From contig SMSO01000025.1 of assembly GCA_004764695.1 (NCBI GenBank), positions 5,000,862 to 5,064,861 on the forward strand: 64,000 bases of DNA, written 5' to 3'. Under the pieces are notes generated by a model, which had not been told where the DNA came from, searched no databases, and was given only the letters and a program-made list of their open reading frames with translations. Positions 1 to 12,412 of this stretch are shown here, piece after piece (within the stretch, counting starts at the first letter, position 1; each line of letters starts with the position of its first letter). The DNA comes from Schizochytrium sp. TIO01 (lineage: Eukaryota > Protista > Bigyra: Labyrinthulomycetes). The position numbers and the translations under genes are program-made.

Positions 1-3000
1 TTGATGTCTTCTGCAAGTTTTGTGTTTGCTTACTTTGCTGACAAAGCCTTCAATGCCATTTCAGATATAGAAGTTTTCGATCTGCAACATTGAACCTTGA
101 GCCGTGTTGCATTTAAATCAAAAGAAACCTTACATCGTTTCTATGTTAATCCACTTAGATCCATTTGGACTTTGCTTTACTGCTGTTTACGGAGCTTTGT
201 TTTAATTAGTTTGACCCAAGCTCAAACCAACACAACCTTAAAAGTCGAAAACTGAGCATAGAGAAAAATACACCACAAATATGTATATCTGCAGCTTTTG
301 TTATTTGGACAAGTCGATAAAATCAGTGTGGAAGTACCAGGTGAATTGCCGCGGCGATGTTCATTTAGAGCAGCGATGTTGATCTCTCAGTGCCCTATAC
401 AGGTGGCCGCACTTCTTTTTATCAATGAAGCGACAGTGATGAAAAGGAACCTTCTGAAAATCTAAGCTACGGTCCGCGCCAATGACTCCCAATTGCCGCT
501 CTTGGGTTGACTCAACACTAGTGCCCTGCCTTACTAAGACCTTTCAAGGATATATCTCTGGGTCTACAAACTGGATTCTAGAACTCATTGATTTTTAAGA
601 TAAATGGAAATGAACAATGGAGACAACCTTGAACACGACATACTACCTCTGCATATACCAAAGCAAAAGCATATGCCTTTTTGATATATTTGAGTCATTC
701 CCACAGTTATTCTGAAGATATCATAATGGAGCTGAGGTGTAGTTGTATGACGAGCCAAGTCAGTACAAATATGCTAATTGTTTGAATTTAACTATTCTAC
801 TTTCCAACCCTCGCCATTTTTTTTTGTAATACTTTGCGCCCAACTCACAGGACAAGTCTGCGCTGGTTATCTATCACTAAACCTTACGATTGGAAATGGA
901 GTGAATGAGGGCAACTATTTGTTTTTCCGTTTTTTATTATATTATTTTTATTCTCGTGGGTTTTAGGTCCTATAAAGTCAGTGTACTGCATTGTGGCTGT
1001 ACTGTCCATTGACCCACAGCTTTTCAAATGTGTAAGAAGAAAATTAAGTACGTCCAATGAACTGATCATCCAAACCAGCAATGCGTGTCGCCTTTTGTTA
1101 CGTTGTCGAATAGCATACCTTTGTATCTTTTTTATTAATGTATTTTTAATTAAAATAGAGAGGGGAAAAAGTATTTTATAATGTTTGCTATGTAAACGCA
1201 AGACTTTGAAAGTAGTCTTAATGTAGACTCATCAAATACTTTCGTGGTTGTTTTGTCTTTTTATATCGATTCATAGTTTTTTTGTCTGCGTCAAAGCACA
1301 TAGTCGACTAAGTCACCATGTTCAAGCTACCAACTCCTCGCTTTGAAAACCCTTTTGAATTTATTTTAAGAAACAACCTCAACAAATTTTATGAATTAAA
1401 AAAACAAAATAAAAAAAAGTTGGGAAGAGGATCATCTGCTTTTCGAAACCTATCTCTAGAAAATGAGACATCACGCCTGCCAGTGGTTGCTATATCTCGC
1501 ATATTCCTATGTTTTAACTGAGAGCCAGAGTTGTCTTGCTTAAACCTACCCATTCTCTATCAGTCTCCTCTTCGGATGAGAAATAAATATAAAATCAAAC
1601 ACTTCTGTTGTGGTGATTTGCAACTCTGACATTGTCCAAGGCTAGTAGTAGGGTTGGCAGGGCAGAGATATGAAAGGAGAGAGAAAAAAAAAAAAAGAAC
1701 TGATTAAAACTCATGAGGTCAAAGAAATTATTCCTGATCCAGAAAGGTGTAACGGACAAGCAAATACTGTATGGTATTTCCGGTCAAATTATGTAAACTA
1801 GACAGTCAGGCCTGGTCAGTTCATTTATTGTTTAGTTGCAAACCAGCATACTTGTCTTCCTTCCAGGGTTTCATTATCCTTATTTGAGTGTAACAAGTTA
1901 TTTCTTACTGTCCGCGCCGCGGAGTTGTCTTTGACAGCCAGCTATTTTTCTACCCTTCCTTTGTTTCCCTGCTTTTTTCTTTTTTAAATTTGTACTCCAG
2001 TTGATCTCTGAAGAGGCTAAAATCAGAGAATCCAGGTATGCTACGTACACTGAACTATCAATCCTGTCAACAAGATCTTTTAGCAACTCTCGCGGACTGT
2101 CCTGCCACTTGGAGGTCTACTTTGTGATCGCGCATATATTTTCTTTCTCACTTGTTTTTATCTAATAAGAATTATATGTGAGATTTGTAGGATTTCTGCT
2201 CTTTATTTCTATGTTATGTAATGTTTGACGCCTAAAAATCATTTTCTTCTTCGGGTTTCTTTGGAGATAATGTATTGCGGAAAGCAAACATACTCTAGAC
2301 GAAAGGAACCGAATTCATTTGTAGGTCTGCATCACCTCAAAACAATTTTATAAAGCAGGTTCAGAATTCCAGGATAATTTTGGTACTTTCTAGAACAAGT
2401 TCCTGTGCTCTTTCAGGGAAAATATCTCTTCTATTGCAAATTGCTGGAGCTAGAAGCACATTACACCATTTGCCTTCGCGCCTAAGAAATGGATTGTGCA
2501 TTGCGTTGCCATGCTTTGTGAATTCTATATCTGAAGTGAAAGGATCCTGAAAAGGTGATCCACACTCTTCAAGACAGGCTTTTGCAAACTATCAAAACTT
2601 AGCAACTCAAGTTCTAAATTAAGACTTTCTCCTTATCCGCATAAAAACCATCGACTAATTCTATAACTATGATTTTGGATTTACGGGAAGGTTCTTCAAC
2701 CTCCAAGAGCCACACACTTGTTACACTCATACAACATCTCTTTTTAAAGATACAAACGACTCATTATTTGTCATGATGAAATATAGACAACATTCTTCAA
2801 AGGTCACAATGATGAAATATATATTTGTTGATGGTCTTGAGTGTAATCAAAAAAGAACTTTAAACTCCCTGCAATTGTGGCAAGACGGCCATCCTTGGGG
2901 ATAAAAATATGTGCGAAACAACAGACGACTCACAAATAGAAAATATGCGAAATAAACCAAAATCAACTTTGATTACAAGTCCAGCCGCTGTAAATATTGA

Positions 3001-4162
3001 GCAGCGCCGCAACTAAGGGCAAGATTCGGTATCAGCAGATTTATGTAACCTGTCCGTCGTAAACAATGTTAGACATTATGAATATGGTTCACATGCTTGA
3101 TGCGCAAATGGTTTTAGCAAAGGGGAGTTGCAACCTTTGAGTGACAACTCCATTTGTGTTTTACTGATAGAAAATCCACGCATCATTGGTGATCCTCATC
3201 AAAAAACAATTATTTAAAAATGCTACAACAATTTTATATTTGGCTAGCCGAAATATCTTTTAAATCGCTGTGTACCTTTCCCTTCCTATGTAGTAGAAGG
3301 GAATTGGCGAGGAATGGAAGATTCGAAAAAGCATCATATATACCAAAAATAGAAGAAAGATAACTGGCCCATAGAGCTTTTTTGAGCATCAACCCGGTTG
3401 GTGTATCATTTCCATTATTTGCTCCAGCCTCGGAGATAGAATTGAAGTCTCTTTCCTGGTACACTATACGAGACCTTTACCGAATTTAAATAACTCTTCA
3501 AAAAGTAGCTCAATTTTGTTTTCTTATATCTGCAACCTGAGTTTTGAAGATATTGTTAGAGATTTCTCACTTGAGCATTCTGTAAAAGGCACAGTGAGTC
3601 CAGTCTGTGGGATCGTTCTGCTACATTCTCACAAAATTTAGATTCTCGAAGGAAAAAAGGACGCCTCTCTTACAACTATATTATATCTAAGCGTAATCCC
3701 GGCAAACACCAAGAATCCAGATTTGACAGCCTCCCCTTACTTTCATTGATTTCGATTAATGAAAAGTTCCCTGACCTAAAGTTCTAAATGTGCATACATT
3801 TTCTTTTGCAATCACCTTCCCACACCACACGTGCAGCTCGGTATCATTTAGTTTGCTCCCGAGGCTAGATTTCCCAAAGGGTTTCGACTCTTACCTTTCT
3901 AGCATGAGCAGCTGTTATTTTGCTATGTTAGGCTAGTTCCCACTTTCAATGTTTCGATAGCTTCTTCTCGAGTCTTTGTGATTGTCTGGCCCCGCGTTTC
4001 TGCAGAGGTTGTGCTCCTCCACTGTTTTGGGTCTTGAACCGGCCCTTGTACAGTTAAGGCTACAAGTGCTAGGCATGCACCTAAGTAAGTTCTTAGTTGT
4101 TTGTGAGCTTTGCAAATCACCGCAAAGCAAGGCAGAACTGGTTTGAGCCTATTCGCGCCAAC

Positions 4163-5918
4163 ATGAGCTCGCATGATGAGGACCCAGGCTTAATCGTCGG
4201 GGAAGATGACGTTCGTCAGAGCCTTCTAGCCCAAGACGTCTTGCGTACAGCTGAGGAAAGCCGATCAGGTCAAGAGGACTACGCCGTAGCGCTCGAGGGA
4301 GTTGTTGAGTCTGAGCACGCTAACCCAGACCAAGCAGAAAACAGCCGGGCAAACAATTTTCATGACGTAGAGTGTGATGCGGAGGCAAACGGCCACAATA
4401 GCTTTAAAGCACTGGTGTGGCGTGAGGAGGTTGGCTTGATATGCTTTCTTGCAGTAGGAATCTTCTTGTCGCGGGCTTCCTGGGTGATCATAAAGACGAC
4501 GGACACAGCGTTACTTGGTCATGTGTCTCCACATGCGCTGTCTGCATCTGCTATCGCGGATCTTTTCATGTCAGCAACCCGTGTTCTCACAGGCGGTGGA
4601 GTGCTGGGCATTTTTGTTGGCCAATCTGTTGGTGCAAATGATTTCCACATGGCCTCTGTTTGGCTTCAGATCAGCCTGGTGGCACTAACGCCTCTGGCAA
4701 TCATTGTTATGATTTTGTGGTTCCTTACAGGGCCAGTGCTTACTCTCTTGGGCGCAGACAAAGAATTGATCCCTGACGCAGCATATTATGGGTCTGTGTT
4801 GGCTCTATCCGTGCCCGGACGCTTGATCATGACCCAAATTTCACAATTTCTTAGCGCGCACGGACGGGTTAGGCCCGAAGCGAATGTTTTCGTCTTTGCA
4901 TGTGTTTGCAACTTAGTTTTAGGTTTAGTTTTTGTACTTGGCGTTCCGTTCAAAGGCTGGGAAGGATTTGGCTTCAAAGCTTGTCCCTGGGTAACTGTGT
5001 CTACGGAAACAGTTCAAGTTTTTGTGTTTTGGTTTATCTACGCCTATTGGTTCTCTCTGCACCGAGAGCTAGGATGGACTGGGTGGCACTTTGAGGAGAT
5101 CACACGTGAGCGAGTGAAAGAGTTTCTTAAGCTTTACATCCCAGCGATGCTTAGCTCTTGCTCAGATTACTGGCGTATGAGTGTGATTGGTATTTTGGCA
5201 GCTACTTTGGGCAATATAGAATTAGGAGTATTTAATGCTTCTTATCGCATCTTTTGGATGTCACTCACAATAGTTGGCTGTAAGTTATGGTTTAACGTTC
5301 ATAGTGCGCACCGATCAATAGTGTGCATACCACAAGCAAAATTATGATAATCAAACGGAAAAATAAAATTAGAAAGATAAACTAACAAACCGTATAATGT
5401 TGTGGTGTGAGAACATAACAGCCCTAGCATTTGCGGTCCGGGTAAGGTTGAGCAACTACCTCGGTGCTGGAAATATTCACGCAGCAAAAATGACAGTTCA
5501 CATTGGTATGGTGATTGCTGCAGTCTCTCTCTCAAGCATTGCACTTGTGATTTGCTTTGCTATTCAAGATGTTGCCAAGATCTTTTCCAACGATCCGGAG
5601 ATTCTCGGGCTCTTTGAGGGTGCTGCAGTGCCGATTGCTCTGACCTTGGTTCTCATGAACCTGGCAGTTTTTCTTGAACAGATCCCACTTGCTATGGGGA
5701 AAACCCGTGCAACTTTTATGGCAGGTGTAGTTGGGTCTTGGTTAGGCCAAGTCCCCGGTGCCTACATTGCCATCACCTACTGGAGGCATGACTTCAATGG
5801 CCTGTACTACGGTGTAGCTGTTGGGTATGGAATCTTATGTCTTTTGCTCATCGTCATTATTAGCTGTACTGATTGGGATGCTGTTGTGAAGGACGCGCAG
5901 CGTCGCAATGCGCTCTAG
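4163..5918 (+). CDS. MATE family efflux transporter, 2 exons (4163-5279, 5422-5918), ~537 aa
   Basis: Many TM helices with MATE motifs (TDTALLGH, GQSVGA, RVRLSNYLGAG). Donor GTAAGT at 5280, branch-like ACTAAC near 5381 and acceptor AG at 5420-5421 join the two listed ORFs in frame (IVG-S-LAFAVRVR). Confidence 0.9.
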
Positions 5919-6338
5919 GGTCTGCAGTCTTGTGCTGCTCCCCATGGCGAACTCAATGGGAGAAAAAAGAGAAACTAAGCAACCTTTGTAACAACCTAAT
6001 TGTGTTTCCCTGCGTGTTGACAACTTTCTCGACTTGACACATGGCGAACATCATTTTCTACTAAGAGCTTTAAAAGACCTTCTTGAGATCTCTGCTATGA
6101 TTCTTGGACACGGCATACCTGCCTAAGTTCATTGAATCAGCTGTAGACTCACAGGAAGATGTATAAAAAGAACTAGCCGATACATATGATACAAATGACC
6201 ATTGACACGCCATGCGCGTCACACTTCTTTATATCAGCATGGAGCTTCTGTGATTGACTGCTGGTCATATTACATGCCCAGCTCAAAGATATGTTCACTT
6301 GATTTGTTCCACTGATGTTTCTGTGGCTTTCTTAATTA

Positions 6339-6587
6339 TTACTCATGCTCACCTGCTACACCTGCTGAGGCGTTGGCTCTTGGAGGAGGTCGGCGACCTC
6401 CGTCTGCCAATAGTTTATTCCACCTTGCAAAGAAGCTAGCCTGTTGCCTCATGCTTTCGCACAAATCGTTTACATCCTGCGCCTGCACCGCGACCTTCTC
6501 AAACATTTCTGTCACAGAGGTTGCGATCGCCTCCACCTCCAGTGTGATGTTCTCTGCATCGCTTTGAGCTCTCTCTGCATCGTTCAT
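6339..6587 (-). CDS. Small 82-aa helical protein, possibly DASH/Dam1 complex Ask1-like
   Basis: ATG-initiated ORF with an in-frame stop just upstream and protein-like amphipathic composition. DAENITLEVEAI...MFEKV...C...FFARW resembles the Ask1 N-terminal helix as recalled; the family call is weak. Confidence 0.5.
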   Translation of the reverse strand: MNDAERAQSDAENITLEVEAIATSVTEMFEKVAVQAQDVNDLCESMRQQASFFARWNKLLADGGRRPPPRANASAGVAGEHE

Positions 6588-7684
6588 CCTTTCGTCTGTG
6601 AAGCCCTTTCAGCAAAACGGAAGCCGTCTTGGCTTAGCCGGCTGTGTGTTTACTTGTCTATCCTTGGTTAATATGTTGCAAACTTGATTTGACTACTGTC
6701 CCGAAAGATGGTCTCTTCGTTCGTCTTCTTTCCTTTTCCAACGACGAACTGCCATGGCAATGTATCATTATCATCTCATACTATGTTATCATCATATGTA
6801 TCATAAGTCTATAGAAGCACTTGGAGTGAGTGACACGTAGGGTTCTCTTGAATTGGGCTGCGACGTGTGTGCTGTCTGGGCCACTAATGCTCACGAGAAT
6901 CGGGCATGGTCACTGACACAATCATGGGCATGACACATGAATAATTTAATTCATTTACCTCGCGATGCACGCTACATCGTTAAGTATGCATGTATGTGCA
7001 CATTTGCATGTTACTGCAGTATGAATAAATGCGAATGCAATGCCATGATTGCATGGGCGTCGATCGTGCGTCGATCGACGGACCAGAAGCTATCTTCTGT
7101 CTGTGAAGAAGACTTGTGTGTTCGGCTTGGAGTTTTGACGGTGGAACATGGAAAGAAACACGCCGAGAGGCACTTGATGCAGCGCTAGCGAAAGAGCTGG
7201 AGTGTGCGTGCGAGAGTGTGTTATTTTTTATGCATAATCAGGATTTCTAATGAAAGCTGTGTTTTAGCGATTTTTTTAGATCTTTTTAACTTATCAGGTA
7301 CCTACAATGGTAGCAACAATAAGGGTCGATTCGATTGATATTATAATAAAGCAAACAATGGGAATCTACCATGATAAAGTGGAAAAGGCGAAAGAGCAAG
7401 GCATCAAAACTGGATTCCTCGTCGCACGTGGCGAAGTCAAAGCACTAAAGCCCCATCAGAGACAGTCTCGCTAGGCTAGAGGACAGGCATACGAGAGCCT
7501 GGTGAACCGTGATAGGCCAGCTTCGCGCGAGGACCAACCAAGGCCTAAGCAAGAGAGCTTTCTTGCAATCAGATTCATCGTACCTAAAACCCAGCAGAAC
7601 TGCAAACGACGTGCAAGTTGGGCCCATTGAAAGAGCTGTTCATTGTTGAGACTTTGCGACCAACTGTTGAAATACGAAAATACA

Positions 7685-9289
7685 ATGGGCAATAACGGAC
7701 TGAAGAAAGCATCGCCGGAGCTGCGCGAAAAGTACGCCAAGTTTGGCCAGGAGCATGTTTTCAAGTTCCTCGAAAAGCTTACGCCTGAAGAGCAGAGCGA
7801 ACTTGTGAAACAGCTCGAAGCAATTGACGTAGCGCGCTGCAAGACTCTCTTTGAGGCATCCGTGCATCCTTCGAAGAGCGAGGATTCTGAAGATGCTGCT
7901 GAGAAAATCACTCCTGTAGACCCCAAGGAAGTTGCCTCTGCTGATGCGATCAAGGAGAACAAGGAAGAATGGTCTAAAAAGGCTTATGAAAGCATGGCTC
8001 GTGGTGAAATCGCGTTCGTTGTCCTCTCCGGTGGCCAGGGTACACGTCTTGGTTTTGATCGCGCAAAGGGCATGTATGACATTGGGCTCCCTAGCCACAA
8101 ATCCCTCTTCCAGCTCATGGGTGAGCGACTTCGCTGCTTGCGCCGGATTGTGGCTGAGGCCACTTCTACAAGCGAGAAGAAGGTCAGCATCCCCTGGTAC
8201 ATCATGACCAGTCCTCTGAACGATGCCGATACTCGCTCTTTTTTCAAGGAAAACCGCAATTTCGGTCTCGGTGAAAAGGAAGTCCAGTTCTTTCCTCAAG
8301 GAACTCTCCCTTGCATGACTCCTGAAGAAGGCAAGTTCATCTTGGAGACGAAGGGTAGCTTGGCAGTGGCCCCGGATGGAAACGGCGGTATCTACCATGC
8401 CATGGAGACGAATGGTATCTTCGCAGATATGAAGACCCGGGGTGTCAAGTACATGCACGTAACATCAGTCGACAACTCTTTGGTGCAACCTGCTGACCCC
8501 ATCTTTGTTGGCTTTTGCCTGAGCAAGGATGCCGAGGTTGGTAATAAGGGCTGCCCAAAGGTATCTTGGGATGAAAAGGTTGGTGTGATGGCTCGCAAGA
8601 ATGATAAACCGAGTGTAGTGGAGTACTCTGAGTTGGATGAGGCTCTAGCTAAGCAGACGGATGAGGAAGGCAACCTTCTGTTTCGCTCAGGCAACATTTG
8701 CAACCACCTCTTTTCCATTGACTTTCTGCAAAACAAGGCCTTGCCAGCTCTGGCTAACACTTACCACGTGGCACACAAGAAGATCCCTTATGCTAACGAC
8801 GAGGGTGTGAAGACTACTCCCACATCACCAAACGGCATCAAGCTAGAGATGTTCATCTTTGATGTATTTCCGCATGCTGCCAACTTTGCAGTATTTGAGT
8901 GCGACCGCGAGGAAGAGTTTGCACCTGTGAAGAATGCCCCGGGCGAGGCTACTGACTCTCCGGATTCTGCTCGGGCTATGACTTTTGCTCTCCATCGCCG
9001 TTGGCTGGAATCTTCCAAGGCAAATCTTGAGACAGAAAACGACGCAAAGGCTGAGACCCTTGCATGTGAGGTCAGCCCCTTGGTGTCTATGCGAGGCGAG
9101 GGTCTCGAGAAACTTGTTCAGAGCATCTCTAGCCTTAAGTTGCCTTTGAACATCCGTCTTGCATCTGAGTCTCCTGCTGTTGATAAGAGCAAGAAACGCG
9201 AGTCTGTCTCTTCTGAAGATGCACCACTTCAGGTGAAACATTATGTGAATGCTGATAATATCAACATCTATGAGATTGCTGGTGCTTAA
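7685..9289 (+). CDS. UAP1: UDP-N-acetylglucosamine pyrophosphorylase
   Basis: LSGGQGTRLG..KG, KSLFQL, WYIMTS, PDGNGG, VDN, EYSE, GNICNH, NGIKLEMFIFDVF and EFAPVKN motifs. First ATG is at 7685. Confidence 0.96.
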   Translation: MGNNGLKKASPELREKYAKFGQEHVFKFLEKLTPEEQSELVKQLEAIDVARCKTLFEASVHPSKSEDSEDAAEKITPVDPKEVASADAIKENKEEWSKKAYESMARGEIAFVVLSGGQGTRLGFDRAKGMYDIGLPSHKSLFQLMGERLRCLRRIVAEATSTSEKKVSIPWYIMTSPLNDADTRSFFKENRNFGLGEKEVQFFPQGTLPCMTPEEGKFILETKGSLAVAPDGNGGIYHAMETNGIFADMKTRGVKYMHVTSVDNSLVQPADPIFVGFCLSKDAEVGNKGCPKVSWDEKVGVMARKNDKPSVVEYSELDEALAKQTDEEGNLLFRSGNICNHLFSIDFLQNKALPALANTYHVAHKKIPYANDEGVKTTPTSPNGIKLEMFIFDVFPHAANFAVFECDREEEFAPVKNAPGEATDSPDSARAMTFALHRRWLESSKANLETENDAKAETLACEVSPLVSMRGEGLEKLVQSISSLKLPLNIRLASESPAVDKSKKRESVSSEDAPLQVKHYVNADNINIYEIAGA

Positions 9290-10622
9290 ACATGCACGAT
9301 TCATGGCTTGATCCTATCCTATTCGGTGACTTTGCTAGAAGCAAATATCGGAATAAATAATGTGATTAGAAATTTTAAGTTTGTCGTTTTTTACCCTTGG
9401 GGCGTGTTTCCATGCATGTACCTCGCTGTGATACACGAACGTTGTACAAATTGGTTGCACGCTTCTTGCTTTGTTTTTAAAATCGGAAGCTGTGGTTCAA
9501 TTGTGATTTCCCCTAGATGTCTGTCATACCTGTCAGATACATGTTTAAAATCAACAAGAAAAAGGGCAATTGAATATTGTAGGTTCTTGTTAGAAAAAGT
9601 TTGTTGAAATAAGACATTGAATTTCCTAATTTAATTTTTGAAAACCACAAAAAAGCGGGGGGGAAACAAGAAATGAAGTTTAGACGTTGTCATACTATAT
9701 ATGATACCATGCTATATTGCATAATGTACGAATTTGTAAGGAGTTTACTAAGAGTCATAGATTTACTCTGTTTATCGACATGTAGAACTATCAATGCATA
9801 TATGCTATATGCATCATAAGACTCGTGGCTCCAAGTTAATGAACGATCTCAAATTACAAACAACTGACTGTATAATTTTAGTTTAAAGTGAGCTGTATTC
9901 TTGTTTAAACTGTGTACGAAAATTTAATCTGTACGATAAAGTGGGGTAGAAGCTCTCCTCGGTCCGAGAGAGAAGGTGTATATCATATATGGCCGCCCTT
10001 GCGTTGAAGTTCATGAACCCACGGATTTGAGTAACATTTTGTTACTACAGTAAGGTCAGACAACGCAGTGATGGCAAATGTCAACAAATAGAAGAAGAAA
10101 AAAAGAGGTGTTGCCTAGTGAGACAAGAGGAAAACAGGAAGTAGAATAATGCATTGGACATCAGAACGAGATCGTACAAACGTTTGCAGGGAGTATTGCG
10201 CAACATCCAAGCAAAGTTTCCTCAGTGCAAACATAGGGAAGATCTAGTTGTCAGGGGGAAGAAGCCAGGGGAGAAGTGATTGAGCGATGTGGAGAACTAG
10301 CCTGTAAAAATTGAGGTGAGGTCTCTTTTCCCATGGAATACTACTCTTAGTCCCTTCAGGGGATCAGTACATGCATACGTGGAGCCAATGCTAACGATAT
10401 CAGCTCTGTACTACCACGAAAAGCGTGCTGGAGGCAGCACGTACTTGGTCAGTGCAGTAGAAGAAATCAAAAGACATTGACAAACAGCTAGCAGGCAGAT
10501 GGATATATAGACAGGCAGGCAAACTTGCAGGTCTAGACCAGGCACAATTGAGTTACGATTGGGAATACTCGTAGTAATCCTAAGAAGCCCTTCTCGAGGG
10601 GCAATTTTTGAAACGGAGCAGA

Positions 10623-11991
10623 CTATTGCAAAGGACTCATCGGGGTGACCGAAGGTAGATCAATATCATCTACAGGAGGCTCACTCAGGCTGCTATAGCT
10701 ACGTCCTCGTGGCAACGGGCTAGAAGGTGACATGGGCATGGCAGTTGCACCGCTGATTTCCCCCTTGACAAGGCCACTAATATTCCGCAGGATCGTGAGT
10801 TGATCCTCGCGAGACTTGATACCAATAGCCTCAAGGTCACTTGAAGCAAGCTGGCGAAGCTTATCACCGGTGATACCTGCGTTAAAGAACTTGGGTGCAT
10901 GCCAAGCCATACCAAAGGTGGAAAGAAATGCTGCAACCTCAAACTTGGACCAAGAGTCCCACTTGCTGATTTCAGCGGGCGCGTGGACGCTTGCGTCAGC
11001 AGGGAAGAGCTCGCCCTCCTGCATGCGAAGCACGTCGAGCATCGATAGTGAAGAACGTCGGGAGCGTGCACCATATGTCTTCTTTTCAATTTCTACAGCG
11101 CCAGTGATAGCCGCAATCCATGCCTCAGCATCAGCGGCAGAGTCTGCCTTAATTTTATAAATGCGAGTGGGCGTGGCAATGTTGAAACGATCACGCGTCT
11201 GTGGATCCTTAACAGAAACGCGTGAAATGATAATGAGCGGGATGACACCCTTGGGCACATCCATCTCACCAGGCTGATCATCAAAGTACATGATCGATTT
11301 CGTTGTGAGTACAAACCAGCGCTTTCTGTACGCTTGATTAATAACTCCCTTCTTTAGCATGTATCCTGCACGTACAAGGCTCTCAGAGCCACTGCGTTCT
11401 CGTCCACCATGAATTGACGTTAGGGTGCCGCGACGATCCCGCTCCGTGACTGTAGATCTCATCGACATGCGATTGGCCGAATCTCCAAGAACTTCAGGCT
11501 CTGGCAGGTCTTCTTCAGCAATTGCTGCACTTGCCATTGACATTGTTGACCTTACGCTCACGGGTCTCGATGAGTTTGTCTCTGAGCGTTTCCTGAAGAA
11601 CGGCATGCTCTTGCGACTGTTGCTCTTATGATTGCTGTTCGACCTGTTACTTCCCGAGCGATTAATGCTACTTCGAGAACTGCCACCGTTGCTGTTTGCT
11701 CCAAGTCTTTTTGCACTCGTGCGAGAGGATTTATGTCCTGATGAAAGACCTCCGGATGAACAGCTGTCTAAGTCTTGCGAGTCCTCGAGATTCTCTTGGT
11801 GTAATTGGCGCACCTGGTCCTCGTTATTCGCCTCGTCGGTGTCGTCGTCGTTGTCGTCGTCGTTATCGTCGTCGCTCTCAGACCCGTGGGCCTGAGCCTG
11901 TGCCTCCGAGTGATGGCGTTGTACGTGCGGCACGTGCTGCTGCGCCCAGCAAGCAAGTGCGCGCCAGCCAGACTTCTTGGGGTCCTCTTCT

Positions 11992-12039
<48 letters not shown>

Positions 12040-12412
12040 GACACAGCGGCCTGCACGGCTCGTGTGGTGGGTGACGAAATCTTTCCTGGGGAGACCCGGT
12101 CTTGCGACCAGGCAGCTAGACCGTGGCTGGAGCGAGACTGTCGTAAATATATCGCTGCTCAGACAGCGGTGAGGGAGCTATGATGGCGGTCTTGCGGAGT
12201 GCAAGAGGATTGTGACCTTGCCGAATGGAATGGAGGGATGAAGGGCTGGCTGTAAACGAGTGAGGAAGAGGGACAATTACGGAGGTTGCGAAGGGAAGAG
12301 GCGAGGAGCGGGGCGCAACAGGAATCCTCGACGAAAGGAACGGAGAGACACTGGGCTCGCCAGGTCTTACGGCCGCTTGTCCTCGGAGCGGGAATGATGG
12401 CAGCGCATGCAT
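10623..12412 (-). CDS. PH-domain + SAM-domain protein with polyQ/acidic/Ser-rich N-terminus; proposed exons 12412-12371 and 12137-10623
   Basis: PH domain (GYMLKKG...RKRWFVL...WIAAI) and SAM domain (WSKFEVAAFL...ITGDKL...DLEAIGI). The listed ORF starts at GTG. A GTAAGA donor at 12370 and a ttacgacAG acceptor at 12138 give a phase-0 join to the ATG at 12412. The 5' exon is tentative. Confidence 0.85.
11994..12038 (-). repeat. (CAG)15 encoding polyQ
   Basis: Perfect CTG run on the + strand, in frame in the PH-SAM gene. Confidence 0.95.

Noticed and set aside
7640-8458. 272-aa ORF antisense to UAP1 (and similar ORFs antisense to DENR, the EI24-like gene and HYDIN)
   Set aside because: Shadow ORFs of real genes.
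10350-10370. TTCAGGGGATCA similar to U3 box A
   Set aside because: No other U3 boxes or structure nearby.
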